Of a DNA stretch of 64,000 nt, positions 35,461 through 48,950 are shown piece after piece. The stretch lies in contig NW_024704743.1 of assembly GCF_018977255.1 (NCBI RefSeq), positions 105,340,001 through 105,404,000 of the forward strand. The letters run 5' to 3'. Both the position numbers and the translations under genes were made by a program. Position 1 is the first letter of the stretch, and every line of letters starts with the position of its first letter. The notes under the pieces are model-generated. The model was not told the DNA's origin. It saw only the letters and a list, made by a program, of their open reading frames with translations, and ran no database searches. The stretch comes from Callorhinchus milii. Its lineage: Eukaryota.

Positions 35461-38324
35461 TATGAGGAGATGCTGGATTTCTTTGAATCCATAATCAAGG
35501 GAATCTGTTCAGCTACCTCCACCCTCCCAACGCCACTCCCTCCCCATCTCCGCCCCACACTCCGACCCCTACCCATCCCTCCCTCCACATTTTTTAACCT
35601 GTTCCCCCTCCTCTCTCATCACCACCATATCCAACATGAAACACACAACTTGCTCCCTTGAACCCATCGCCATCCCTCTCCTTACCTCACAGATCCACCT
35701 CCTCTCCCCTCTACTCTCCGACACCATCAATCTTCCCCTTTCATCTGGCACCATTCCCATCCCCCTAAAAACAGCTACAATCACCCCCATCCATGCCTTC
35801 TAAGTAATGGCCCAGCTCCAACCTCCCTTTACTTTTGAAGGTCCTTGAAAGAGTTGTTGCTTCCCAGCTTCGCTTATTCCTCTCCTATCACTCCCTTCAC
35901 GAGCACCAAAACTGTTCTGGTCACCATGACAAATGACATTTTGTCTATCTGTGACCAGCGCTCCCTCTGCCTTTTCTTCCTTCTCGACCTCTCTGCTGCC
36001 TTCGATATCGTGGACCACTCCATCCTCCTCCACTGCCTCTCCTCTCACCTTAACCTTCAAGGTTCTGTCCTCGAATGGTTCAGGTCTTATCTCTCACACT
36101 GCCTCCAATTTGCCTCCACCAACGGTTTCTCTTCTAGCCTTCACATATCAATCGTGTGGTGTTCCTCAGGGCTCTGTCCTCGGTCCCTTTTCAACCTCTA
36201 CATGCTCCGCCTTGGTGACATCATCCACAGACATGGGGTTCCACTAGTACGTGGATGAAACCCATCTCTATCTCTCTGCCTTCACCCTCTATTCCAGGAC
36301 AACTGACATCTTGACAAATAACTGACTTGATGTCTGTCTGACACCAAGCCCTGGATGAGAGCGAACTTTCTACAGCTGAATGTCAGCAAGACTGAGGTCC
36401 TTCTATTTGGCTCGCGCCAGCGCCTCAATTCCTCAGGCACTGGCAGTATCAGCATCCGCGGTTGCACACTCCACCTCACCAAACCAGTTAGGAATCTGGG
36501 CATCTTGTTCGACCCTCAACTGTCCTTTCTCCCCCATATTCCTGCCATGATCCACTCTGCCTTCCCCAACCTCCAGAACATTTCCCAATTCCGCACTGCC
36601 TCATTCCTCATGCTGCCAAAACCCTCATACACGTCATCTCAAGGCTCGACTACGGAAACTCTCTCCTTGTCGGCCTCCCCAACTCTTCCCTCCATAACTT
36701 GCAGGTCATCCAGAACTCTGCAGCTCGTGTCCTATCCTGTAACCCATCAACCCCACCCGAGCCAGCTCTACTTGCTCCCTATCCCTCAGAGGATAGAATT
36801 CAAAATCCTCGTCCTCACTTTCAAGGCCCTCCATGGCCTTGCCTGCTCCTACATTTCTGACCAGCTGATCCCCTATCAACCTGTCCATTCCCTCCGCTCA
36901 GCAGGCTCCGGCTTGCTCCAGGTCTCCCGCCCAACTTGCCCTACCATCAGCAGCCAGGCTTTCAGCCTCTCTGCCCCCAATTCTTTGGAACTCCACTCCA
37001 CAATCCATTCGCCTTGCTCCCTCTCTTGCCTCCTTCAAGACACAATGCAAGACCCTCTTTTTTGGCCGTGCCCTTAGCCGCCTCATACACCCTCTGTATT
37101 GCCTCATCCCAACCCTGCCCCCTGCGCTCAGGTCCTGCTCCCTAACTGTTCAGCACCTTGGGACTTCCTCCCAACGTGAAAGGTAGTTTACAAATGTAAT
37201 GTTGTTGTTCAAATTCGAGCTAAAGCAGTTAGAGGTAAGATCAGAAAAGATTTCTTCAAAGAAAGTGTTTTGAGAATGTGGAATACACTGTTCCTAGAAG
37301 ACTGTATGCAGAATTATTTGAGATGTTTCAAAGGCAAATGGATGAATCTTGTTAGTAAGGTTATTAAGGGATTTGGAGAAAAGAAGGAAATGGAATTCAA
37401 AGGCAAATATGAGGAACAGGCTCAAGGGTAAGATCTCCTCCTGTTTTTATGTTAATGTGATAAACCTTATTGTGAAATACACAAGATACCCAAACAAAAA
37501 CGTAATTGAATGCACTGCTTCTGTCTGCAATATGTTTTTAAATAAGAAAATTATCTGTGGCAAACTTATCTAAATGAGTAAGATTGCTTCAATTTTGCAG
37601 CCGAGTGCAGAATGTACTCAGGGCTCTAATTAGTGGAATGAGTGGGTTACATAGTATAACATTTATTTTGCAGTGCCAGAAGCTTGTACAACATAATGGA
37701 AAAAGTATTAATATTGATATCTAGTGATCAGTTAATTTATTAGCACAAGGTAATATCACTAGCTTTTGGAAAGAGCTAATATGGGAAAAACTTAATGCAA
37801 TATTCTCATCAGTGAAAGATGGGGTTAACAGCTGTACATAGCTATCACTTGCCTTTTGGAGCGTGATTTATTGACTCAGTTTGGCAATGTGTCATTGTCA
37901 TAGTTATCACTGGTGCTAATATCATTTGCATCCTGCCGATGAGCCAGGCTGGCTAGGCTTAGGCTGTCATCAGCGGTGTCCTGCAATACTGTGGACTCAC
38001 CTGGTTAAGGAACCACACTACCGAGACCGCCACAGGGGTTGGCTCGATTCCAATATTCCATTACCAAGTGTGTCACAGTTCAGCCAGTTCATCTCCAAGG
38101 AGACCCCACTTTACTAAATAGTTTCCTTACAAAATGATGGTAATAATAATCTATCTATCCATCTGTCCATCCGTCCATCCTCTATATACTAATAAAACAA
38201 CAAGGTCTGTCTGCGCTTGAAGGATCTCAAAACCAATTGCACTGGGAGTGACATGGGCATATAGGGTATCACCTATCGTTCATGAGTTATTTTCAGCTTT
38301 GCCTTTTTTCTGCAGTCACATCTG

Positions 38325-39448
38325 ATGATCTCCATCTCTTCCCTCAACCTCTCCCTCCACATCCACTCCGCCACCCACATCCACGGTCAATCCCTCGGCC
38401 TGGTGATCACTCGGGGCCTCACCATCATCGACAAAGTGATCTCAGACCATCACTTCATCTCTCTTATCTCCTCAATCCCTCTCCTCACTGCCACCCAACC
38501 CACCTCCATGTTCTACAGCCCTGGAAAAAAATCTCCCCCTCTCCCTTTCAGCTGCTATGGAGTCATCGGAACTCCTCCCCCCCCTGGGCTTTGTCTCACA
38601 ATGAACTATCCTTCTCGGTCACTCTTCTCCACAGCTCCCTCTCCTCCACTCTCGATTCCCTTGCTCCTCTCTCTTCCCGAACCATCTTCTATTCACGTAA
38701 GTCACCTTGGTACACCAGCCACCTCAACTCCCTTAAAGCACACCTGGCTTAAATCAAACTTAATAGTCCATCGGCAGATCTGACTGGACCTTATCAAATG
38801 TTACCACTCCACTCTTACCTCCGCTAAATCGTCGTTCTACTCCAACACAATTTTGGAGGCCAAGGACAACCCCAGGTTCCTCTTCTCCATCACCAACTGG
38901 CTCCTCCTCCCACCTTCTCACATGCTGCCTATCCTCACCTCAAATGCCAGCTGCGAGGCGATGCTGGACTTCCTTGAATCCGAAGTCGAGGGAATCCGCT
39001 CAGCTGCCTCTGCCATTCTGTCTACTACACGCTCCCCATCATACAAAGGATACAGTTCAAGATCCTCGTCCTCACCTTCAAAACCCTCCACAGTCTTGCT
39101 CCCCACTACCTCTGTGACCTCCTAACCCCCACCATCCTGCTCGCTCCCTCTGCTCAGCGGGCTCTGCCTCGCTTGCCCCACTATTGGCGGGTAGGCCTTC
39201 TGCCACTCTGACCCCACCCTCTGGAACTGCATTCCGTAGTACCTCCATCTCGCTCCTTCCCTCGCCACCTTCAAGACCCATCTCAAGATCTTCCTCTTCG
39301 ACCGTGCTTTCAATCTCCCTGCTACCCCCTCTGCCCGCCACCCTCCCCAATCCCCAGCTCAGGTCTGAAGCCCTGTCTGTCCAGCACCTTTGAACATCCT
39401 CCCGACGTGAAAGGCACTTTACATATGTAATTCTGTTGTTGTTGTTGA
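38325..39448 (+). mobile_element. Internally deleted L2 (endonuclease/linker joined to 3' end)
   Basis: [23 protein letters not shown], then a jump to the 3' region and (TTG)n tail. Confidence 0.88.
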
Positions 39449-41854
39449 TGATCACCGAGTCAAAGTGGCGCTATAACATCTTGGTCACAGAGCACCTACG
39501 TATGTATGCACACACTGCAGTAACACCTGGTGGCTGTGCCAGTTGACCATGGCACTGTGGCATCCTGCATTACAGAGCACGTACATAGCCAAGTGGCGGG
39601 AACAAAATAAAAAACACAGACGAAGCTAAGCCGCAGCAGCAACAAAATTACATTTTTAAAGCACTGAATCCTCCCAAAAGGAGTCCTCCCACAGATGTCC
39701 TCACAGATGAGTATAGATAAAGATGATATGTCTGTCTGTGTTTCTGTTCGTGTGTCAATCTAGATTTCATATTGGATCCTTTGGTTGCAAGCGAAGCTGC
39801 AACGGGTACAGTTTGTTTGATATAAAGCCATATGATGTCATTGTGATGTCTCACAGGATATCACAGGATTTTACTGCAATGTTTGTATTGTGTGTATTTG
39901 TGTATTTGTAAGCAAGTACAGTGTCCAATTTTGCCCACAGCAATGTCTCACAAACAGCCATGAAGTGAATGATCAATTTTATCTGGGGGATTGTTGGTCA
40001 GAAAACCAAGAGAGAGAAACTCTCTTTTCTTTTCGAATTGTGCCATGGGATCTTTTAATGTGCATCTTACCTGGCAGTTGGGACCTCGGTTTTAATATAC
40101 GGTCTTTGAGAGAGATATTGATTAAGTATAGAACAAAAGAAAAGCAATTAAAATAGTGAGGAGAGAAAATGGAGGAGAATAATTGGCCGATGTAAACTTT
40201 GTGACATCCTGTGATATATGAATGCAATTTAAACATCAGCCAACTTGTAATGTGCTTACGTGTCGGACACGATTTTATGCTACCTTTTATAATTAGTCGC
40301 AGTAACCACAAGAGGGTGGTACAATACACAATACGGTATTTTAGAGCAGTGATTGCCTCCTCTCTGGTAGTGATTAAATTGTATCCTTTTCTCATTATTT
40401 TACTGACATTCTTAATGTCAAGATAAGTATGCTTCTTTGTTGATTTCATGAAAATGTCCAATAATTTAGCAATTCACTTTACTTAGACAGGTAAACAAGG
40501 TGGTATATGATTACAACTTCATCAATGTATTTCAGAAAACAATAAATGAGGAGAATAGAAGAGGGGAAGGGAATAGAGAAGAATAAGAGCAAGGTATAAG
40601 AGAGGTGGGGCTCATGTGGAATAAAAAGACCAACATGGACTAATTTGGCCGAATGGTCTGTTTCTGTGCCCTATGCAACTGTGTGCAGTCAATGTAACAG
40701 TTTAATACTTCACTCTCTCTCCCTCCCTGCTCCACAGAGTAATTTTGCTTCTTTCAGTTTATTCCCTTCCTCTCCTGAAGGCATTAACTTCTGCCATCCA
40801 GTGCCTCATCCCAAGCTTCTTATAATAATAATCCTTTAATTTGATATCACATTGTCAAGACTTCTCAAAGTGGGCATCTAACGAAGCCTGATTCTTATCG
40901 GCAACAATATTGGCAGCCACTGAAATATTCAAGCAAACTTGCCTCAAACCGTTATGCCGAAGCTGTGAGTGTGTGTGTGTGAATATACGTTAGTACACAG
41001 CTGGGTGGGGGTTCATTTGTGGACCAATCAATAATTATGAACCCTTAATCTTTGGTGATGTGATAATTATCTGCTTGTCATTAAAGTTATTCATCTTGGT
41101 AATGTTCACTAATACGGGTTAATTCTCCCTCTGGAGGTAAATTTATTGACACCTTCGGGATGTACCTGTAATGCATTTTACACAGCAAATGTCAGTAATT
41201 TTACCAACACACACAGAATAATCTACACAAGAGAACAATCAGAAGTTTTCAAACAAGTAGCAGGAGAACAATTGAAACCACAATATTAAAACATCCATCT
41301 TCTTAGAAATGTAAGGACCATTATGAATTCTTAACATGACATTCAGCAACAATTCAGAATGTGCTCAATCCCACTTTCTCCGTTTTATTTTCTTCCCCGT
41401 GTTTCCCTCATGTTTTACACTTGCCCTACAAATATTTGCATTAAAGCACTGACATTTACAAATGCTACCAATACCCCAAAATTGGACATCAGATTTTGGC
41501 AAACTTTAATTTACGTGTAATTCTCTTAACTGGCAGAATAACATGAAAGTAACTACATTATTATGTCATTTCAGCACGTACAAAATTGCTGTAATTCTGA
41601 GCTGCCTGTAAACTTTGTTAAATTGTAAATGAAAAATGCCCCAAACTCTTCCAAAGTGTTACAAACTAAATACTTAGAGAGTGTGGTTCAAAATATTCAA
41701 TTTTCTTTAAATATATAATGATATAAAACACATACAGCAAGCATGGCATCATAGAATCATAGAATCATACAAAGGGCCACACAAAAGGCTATTGCGCAAG
41801 GTTAAGGCCCACGGGATTAATGGGAACATATTAGCATGGATTGAAGAGTGGCTA

Positions 41855-42015
41855 CAACAACAACAAGATTCCATTTATAGAACGTCTTTCACATCGGGAG
41901 GACGTCCCAAGGCGCTGGACAGTTGGGTCAGGACCCGAGCAGGGGGGAAATGGTGAGGGGAGGGAAGGGAGGGAGCGAGGAGGGGGTAGAGAGTCGAGAG
42001 GGGAGCTGAAGGCAA
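41855..42015 (-). mobile_element. Young L2 3' tail fragment
   Basis: Reverse complement closely matches 63035-63188. Confidence 0.85.
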
Positions 42016-42029
42016 TTTTTCCCTTTCTA

Positions 42030-45000
42030 ACCTATCAAATCCCCTCATGATTTTGAAGACCTCTATTAGGTCTCCTTGTTACCTTCTCTGCTCCAATGAG
42101 AATAATCCCAGCCTCTCTAGCCTTTCCTCATAATCAAGGTCCCTCATTCCTGGTACCATTCTTGTAAATCTCCTCTGCACCCTTTCCAATGCCTTAACAT
42201 CCTTCCTGTAGTGTGGTGCCCAGAACTGGGCGCAGTATTCTAACTGAGGCCTAACCAGTGTTTTATATAGTTTAATCATAAGCTCCTGACTCTTGTACTC
42301 TATGCCCCTATTTATAAAGCCTAGTATCCCATATGCCCTTTTTATAGCCTTATCTACCTGTCCTGCTACCTTCTAGGATCCACTTACCTGAAACCCCAGA
42401 TCTCACTGTTCCTTCAGCCCCCTTAAGATTGTATTACCAGCCTATATTGCCTCCCCTCATTCTTTCTTCCAAAATGCATTACCTCACATTTCTCCACATT
42501 GAAATTTATTTGCCATGTGTCTCCCATTTTACCATTCTGTCTATGTCTTCCTGCAGTTGGCTACTATCCTTCTCACTGTTTACTACCCTACCTAACTTTG
42601 TGTCGTCCACAAACTTGGAAATGGTACTTGCTATACCCAAGTCCAGATCATTTATATATATTAAGAAGAGCAGTGGTCCTAATACCGATCCCTGGGGGAA
42701 GCCACTGTACACTTTCCTCAGTCAGAAAAGCAACCATTCACCACAACTCTCTGCTTTCTGTCTCCCAGCCAGTTCTGGATCCATGCTGCCACTGGCTTCA
42801 TACCATAGGCTTCTATTTTTCTTACGAGTCTTTTATGTGGCACTTTGTCAAACGCCTTTTGAAAGTCCATATAAACTACATCAACTGCATTACCTTTATC
42901 CACCCTCTCCGTTATCTCATCGATAAATTCTATTAGATTTGTTAGACAAGATTTATCTTTAACAAATCCGTGTTGGCTGTCCCTAATTAACCCATATTCT
43001 TCTAAGTGAAGATTTATTCTGTCCCGGATTATAGTCTCCAGGAGTTTCCCCACTACTGATGTTAGGCTGACTGCTCTGTAGTTCCCAGGTTTGTCCTTCT
43101 GTCCCTTTTTGTACAGGGGAGTAACATTAGCCACTCTCCAGTCCTCTGGCACCACCCATGTGTCCAACGAAGATTGAAAAATTGTAGCCAAAACCTCCGC
43201 TATTTGTACCTGTGTCTCCCATAGTAACCTTGACTGCATCCTCTTCCGGACCGGGCGACTTATCTACCTTCCCAGTCAACCTTTTCAGTACTTCCTCTCT
43301 GTTTATACTTATCCTATCCATTTCCTCTACCCTCTCCTCCGATACTGCGGCATTTGGTGCATCCACTTCTTTTGTGAAGACAGATGCAAAGTACTCATTC
43401 AGTACATCAGCCATGCCCTCTGCCTCCACAATAAGATTTCCCCTTGGTCCTTAATTGGCCCCACCCTACCTTTGACTAACCTTTTTTCTTGATATGTTTG
43501 TAAAATATTTTAGAATTCCCTTTAATGTTACCCGCTAACCTTTTTTCGTATAATCTTTTTGCCCCTCTTATTTCCTTTTTCAGTTCTCTTCTGTACTTCC
43601 TATATTCTATTTGGTTGTCTTCTGTATCTTGGGTTTGACATTTGTCATACGCCTCCTTTTTCTGCTTCATTCTAGATACAATTACCTTCGTCATCCAGGG
43701 AGGTTTGGATGCCCTACTTTTCCCTTTTGTGGGAATGTATTTATTCTGTCCCCGAGCTATCTCATCCTTGAAGACTTCCCACTGCTCTTTAGTTGTTTTA
43801 CCTGCCAATCTTTCTTTCCAGTCCACCTTGGCTAGGTCCCTTTTTTAACTCACTGAAATTAGCCCTCTTCCAGTTGAGTATCTTCACCTTTGATTGTTCC
43901 TTGTCCCTTTTCATATGCACCCTGAATCTAATGATGTTGTGATCACTATTGCCCAGATGCTCTTTACTGAAACCTGCTCCACTTGCCCTACTTTATTCCC
44001 CAGAACTAGATCCAGCACTGCTTTCTTCCTCTTTGGGCTGGAAACGTACTGATCAAGAAAATTGTCCTGTACGCATTTTAGTAATCTTTCCCCCTCGTTG
44101 CCCTTTGCGCTGTTGTTTTGCCAGTCTATGTTGGGATAATTAAAGTCCCCCATTATCACGACTCTATTGGCCTTGCATCTGTCTGAGATCTGCTTGCAGA
44201 TCTGCTCATCTATTTCCTTCCCACTATTTGGTGGTCTATAGTATACCCCTACCAGCGTAACAGCTCCTTTTTTGTTCCTTAACTCTAACCAGATAGATTC
44301 TGTTTTGGGGCCCTCCAGCACCTCGACCCTTTCCACGGCTATAACCGTATCCTTGATTAATATTGCCACCCCCCTCCTTTTTTTCCTTCCCTATCCCTCC
44401 TGAATACATTATAGCCAGGAATATTCAGCTCCCATTCCTGTCCTTGTTTGAGCCAAGTCTCTGTTACTGCTACTACATCATATCCCCCTATGACCACTTG
44501 AGCCTGCAGCTCACCAATCTTGTTTGCTAAACTCTGTGCATTTAGGCACATGCACTCCAAGACCGACTTGACCTGTTCTGCTCTTCCCCCTGTTTTAATT
44601 CTCCATTTTCTTGCCCATTGTTTTTTGCATTCCCTTCCCCCCTCAAAACTGGTTTAAACCCTCCCCCCTACAGCATTAGATAGCCTGTCTGCAAGGACCT
44701 TCGCCCCAGCCCTGTTTAGGTGTAACCCATCCATATGGTACTGGTCCCACCTGCCCCAGAACTAGTCCCAATGATCCAGAAACCTGAAGCCCTCTTTTCT
44801 GGATCATTTCTCCAGCCAAGCATTCATATGCTTGATCCTGTCATTATGGTATTTATTTGCCTGAGGCACAGGGAGTAATCCAGAGATCACCACCTTGGAT
44901 GTTTTATTCTTTAGTTTGTTCCCCAGTTTTTGATATTCTCCCTGTAGCATCTCAGCCCTTTTTTTTCCAATATTATGGATCCCAACCTGGACCACCACTT

Positions 45001-45175
45001 CTAGATGTTCTCCTTCCCCCTGAAGAATTTTATCCACCTGTTCCGTGATGTCTAAGACCGTTGCACCAGGGAGGCAACATACCTCCTTGACTCCCCTCTT
45101 TGGCTGCAGAAACGCCTGTCTATACCTCTCACTGTTGTATCCCCTATGATAACAGCATTGCTCCTGTTACCTATG
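42030..45175 (-). mobile_element. CR1-clade LINE: degraded ORF1 (SGNH esterase) and ORF2 (APE + RT)
   Basis: ORF1 VIIGDTTVRGIDRRFC, VVVQVGIHNIG, VVISGLLPVP, DGLHLN. ORF2 [67 protein letters not shown]. Confidence 0.95.
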
Positions 45176-46734
45176 TCCCCCTGTTCAACCAATCGGTTTT
45201 TACTATCCTCCCTAGAGATATCAACACTCAATATTCAGTACAGAGTACCAGTTTAAGAGTGCTACACTGTTGGGATGTCGGATAAGGTTTCACATGTCCT
45301 ACTTTAATCTTTACTTTTCTGTTCCTAGGTTTTCGCCTCATTGTTATGACAATTAATTTATTGGCAGTATTACGACATATAAATTTAATGTCAAAATCCT
45401 CTGCTCAGCTTGTTATTTTGTTGAAGACTTCCTTTGAATGCTTTATCATTGTGGAATATTGAAATTCATCTGGGAAGGTCAGACTGATTTATAAGCTTTA
45501 AAACCACTGATAAAATACAAGAAACTTCAGGCCCTTCCTTATGAGAAGAGATTTTACTGTTTGTAGCATTGGGAATGTAGCCACGTGGGTCATGTAAAGG
45601 GATAAATAAACCATAAAAATGAGCCAGCTGACTAGATGATTGGCCTCTTATATCTCTTTGTCTCTCTGACTCAATTCAGCAGTCTGCAGTAATTGTGGAA
45701 TTTTAAATAAAAGGGCCCTTTTATGAGAATATGGTATTCTGGAAATATTAATTATCCTCACATTTGATGTAGCCTTTCAATCGTTCACCCACATAATGCA
45801 AAATCACGCTTTACAATAAATCCTCTTAAGCTCTTTGGGACATTCTCCAAACTTGAATGGTGAAATGTAAGAATAATTATTATGATTCACTGTAAAGTGT
45901 ACTGATTATTTTGAAGGCAAACGTAGCAGCCAATTTGCACACAGCAATATGTCCTACAAACAACTCTGAAGTTGAAGACCATTTTAAAATTGTTAATCTT
46001 CATCTGAACCGCTTGTGAAAGTGAGACAGCTAACGAGAAAGCAGTTTTGGATCCTTGAATCTTTGAAGGGTAAAAATTACAGTGTTCCTTAACTGGTTCC
46101 TGGACTCAATTAGGACAAGGAATCAGTTAAGGAACACTGTAAATTTGCTCCTTAATTAGAGTTGGTGTGAAGGCTTTTTATTTACCATTGTAAAAAGGTC
46201 ACTGTAGTACTCCTTCAAATCAACTCCTGACAGCCTATGTGAAAAAAAATACTATTATAAGATGGATTTTCTGATCCACAGTAAACCATTTCCAAAGTAG
46301 ATTTCATGATCTGGCATGAGAATACTCTTTTTAGCTTGATGTAAAGAGTGTAAACATTGGAATCCTAAAGTATAGATCAGGAATCTGTCTTTATAGTCAA
46401 TTTTGTGTGTTTTTTTTACTGCCAGCTGATCTGGAGGAATGGATTGGATTGAACAGATGTGAGGCTGCAGCAGTGTGCTCATCACAGAGGTAAGAATTCT
46501 GGAAGTGTGAGATCAACTTAGCTGAAGGGCTGTCTTGCCCTAGCACCACACCATCTCTTCAGCCTGCTCACCCCCCACTCCTGCACCCGTCCCCTTTGTT
46601 TGACTGGCTTGGGGCCTCCTGCACATCCTCTGACTTCTCCGCTCCACCATCGACGGCAATGTCTTCAGCCACTGTTCTCCAAACCCATGGAACTTCTTGC
46701 CTTAATCCCTCCACGTTGCCATCTCTTTATAGGA

Positions 46735-47349
46735 GGAGTCCTGTAGATCAGTAGGTTGAGCAAGCGAGAGACCTGGGTTTGATTCCCGGGAGGGCGAAAC
46801 CGTGGACAAGTTTCCTTACTCCATAAGCCTGATAACAATCCCTCAGGAAAAAAAACAATAATAATTTGGTTACTCAATCCATGACTGTTTGTAGGACACT
46901 GCCGTGTGCAATTGGCTGCTGTGTTTCGACTACAAAAAATACAGTCAATTCACTTTACAGTATATTCTGTCAAGCACTTAGAGATGTCTAGACGTGAAAA
47001 TTGCTAAATCAAATGCAAGGATTATTATTATTATATATTAATAATCCTTGCATTTTTGATATAGCGCTTTTCACGTCAGGAGGACGTCTCAAAGCGCTTC
47101 ACAGAACACACTGTAAAGTGAATTGACTGCATATTTGTGGGCGAACGCGGCAGCCAATTGCGCACAGCAATGTCTCACAAACAGTCGTAGATTGAAAATG
47201 ACCAATTTATTATTGGTTTTGGTTTTTGGAGGGATTATTATTGGGCATGTGGAGTCAGGAAACTTGCCCAAGGTTTCGCCCTGCCTGGAATTGAACTCAG
47301 ATCTCTCACTTGCAAAGCGAGTGCTCTAACCACTGAGCTACAGGACTCC
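46735..47349. mobile_element. Tail-to-tail SINE pair: 46735-47033 (+) and 47039-47349 (-)
   Basis: Two nearly full copies joined at their ATT/AAT tails. Confidence 0.9.
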
Positions 47350-48699
47350 TGCACATCCTCTGACTTCAGACAGTAGCTGACTTCATTTACCATTTACCTG
47401 ACTTCAGACAGTAGCTCCGACAATGCAATGCTACCTCGGTTCTTCATTGGAATGTCAGCCTACACTATGAGTTCAAAGTCCTGACATGGGGCTTGAACTC
47501 ACAATCTTCTGATTCAGAGGTGAGAGCGCAACCAGCTGAGATAGGCAGATGTGACAACACCTGATCTTCCACTGGGCAACACAGGATTATAAAGGGATTT
47601 GCCTGAATGTACAAACCTTCAGAAAATCACCCTTAGTGTGTAATCTGTTTTATTTCCTGAAAACTGCTTAAGGATTTTTTGTTAAAATATGGCAAGCTGA
47701 TACTCATGCAGTGCTTTACAAAATGTGTTCTTTACAAGTAATTCATGCCAAAGATTAATTAACTCTGCATATAAAATGGGCAGCTGCAAGGCTAAATTTC
47801 TGCATGAATAAACCCACGAGGGTTTAGAGAAATCTACCAACATATTACTCAACAATGACTTGCATTAGCTGTTCAGTTATATTTTGCAAGAAACACAGAA
47901 ACAAACAAGTCAATCTTTTTTGAACCCACTGGCAAATATGGAGTCCATTAACATCTTTGTAAATTGAATATAGGGGTCAGATTTGCACCTCAATAGCCAT
48001 ACTGAATTGTATATTAAGATAATGAGCATGCAAATTGAAAGAATACCACCGAGTAAATGGACTGTTGAGAATTATACTTTCACAAAAAGAAAAAATGTTT
48101 GTGCAAGAAATTACAATTCTCACCATTTTATCCGACAAGCACATGATGAAACAAATTCATAAGATTTTTTATTATTTTGTGATCGATTGATTCCATATTT
48201 CATGGGCTTGAAGCTTAAGTGCTTGTTCCTGGATACACAGGAATTTCAATGTGAAAGTGGGATGCATGGAGCTATTTGTAGCACTGGGTTTGAATTTGGT
48301 TTGAATACTCTTAAGCATGGTGATGCTGACCGCAAAAAAATATGGATCATTGTGACAAACATTTTCCCTGCTGGTAATTGGCTGGCAGAAAACAATTTGT
48401 CAGTAGCTGTGATGTAACTTAGCCGTGAGAAGACTGAATAAAGTGGGGGCAAGTTGGAGCATCTTGTGACACATCTGCCAGTTTCCAGGGCTTTTAAAAT
48501 GCAGATCAGCATTACAACCATGTAATGCAATAACGCAGTCATCACAAGATATTTGACATCCCTGCCTTTCATAATTTCTGAAGAACACTTTTTGTTCACT
48601 TCAAATCATAGATGATGGCCATGGAATTATTTTCTTGCCATCTAATAATACAATTCTGAAAGGAATGAGTTTTCATTCAATCATTAATCCTCATTTAAG

Positions 48700-48950
48700 T
48701 GTCAACCTTGCTCAGGTGGTTATATGCTTGTGTTTGAGTCAGAAGGTTGTGGGCTAAAGCTTTACTTTGGAACTTTGAGCTTATAGTCCAGGATGTCATT
48801 CCAAAGCAGTGCGAGAGAGTGTTGTATTGTTGGCAAGTACTGTCCTTTGGACGAGACATTAAACTGAGGTCCCATCTGCCTGTTCAGGTGGGTGTTAAAG
48901 ATTCCTATTTGAAAAGAGAAGGGAGTTTCTCCCATTGCCCTGGTCAACAA
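48700..48950 (+). mobile_element. Older tRNA-derived DeuSINE (SacSINE1/LmeSINE1-like). Other copies at about 5285-5555(-), 12160-12460(-), 29270-29340(+), 39930-40110(-), 47410-47545(-) and 56880-57240(-).
   Basis: TGAGTCAGAAGGTTGTGGG head and GGACGAGACATTAAACTGAGGTCCCATCTGCC body. Family assigned from recall, not by database search. Confidence 0.7.

Larger units (their letters stand above)
32480..37210 (+). mobile_element. Degraded near-full-length L2 of the same family, interrupted by a SINE (32900-33219) and an inverted L2 (34344-35460)
   Basis: Colinear similarity to 59958-63188 on both sides of each insertion. Ends in ATGTAATGTTGTTGTT. Confidence 0.9.

Noticed and set aside
37925..38110. 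7SK-like 12-mer GGCTGGCTAGGC and hammerhead-like CCGATGAG
   Set aside because: The match does not extend, and there is no GAAA core or stems.
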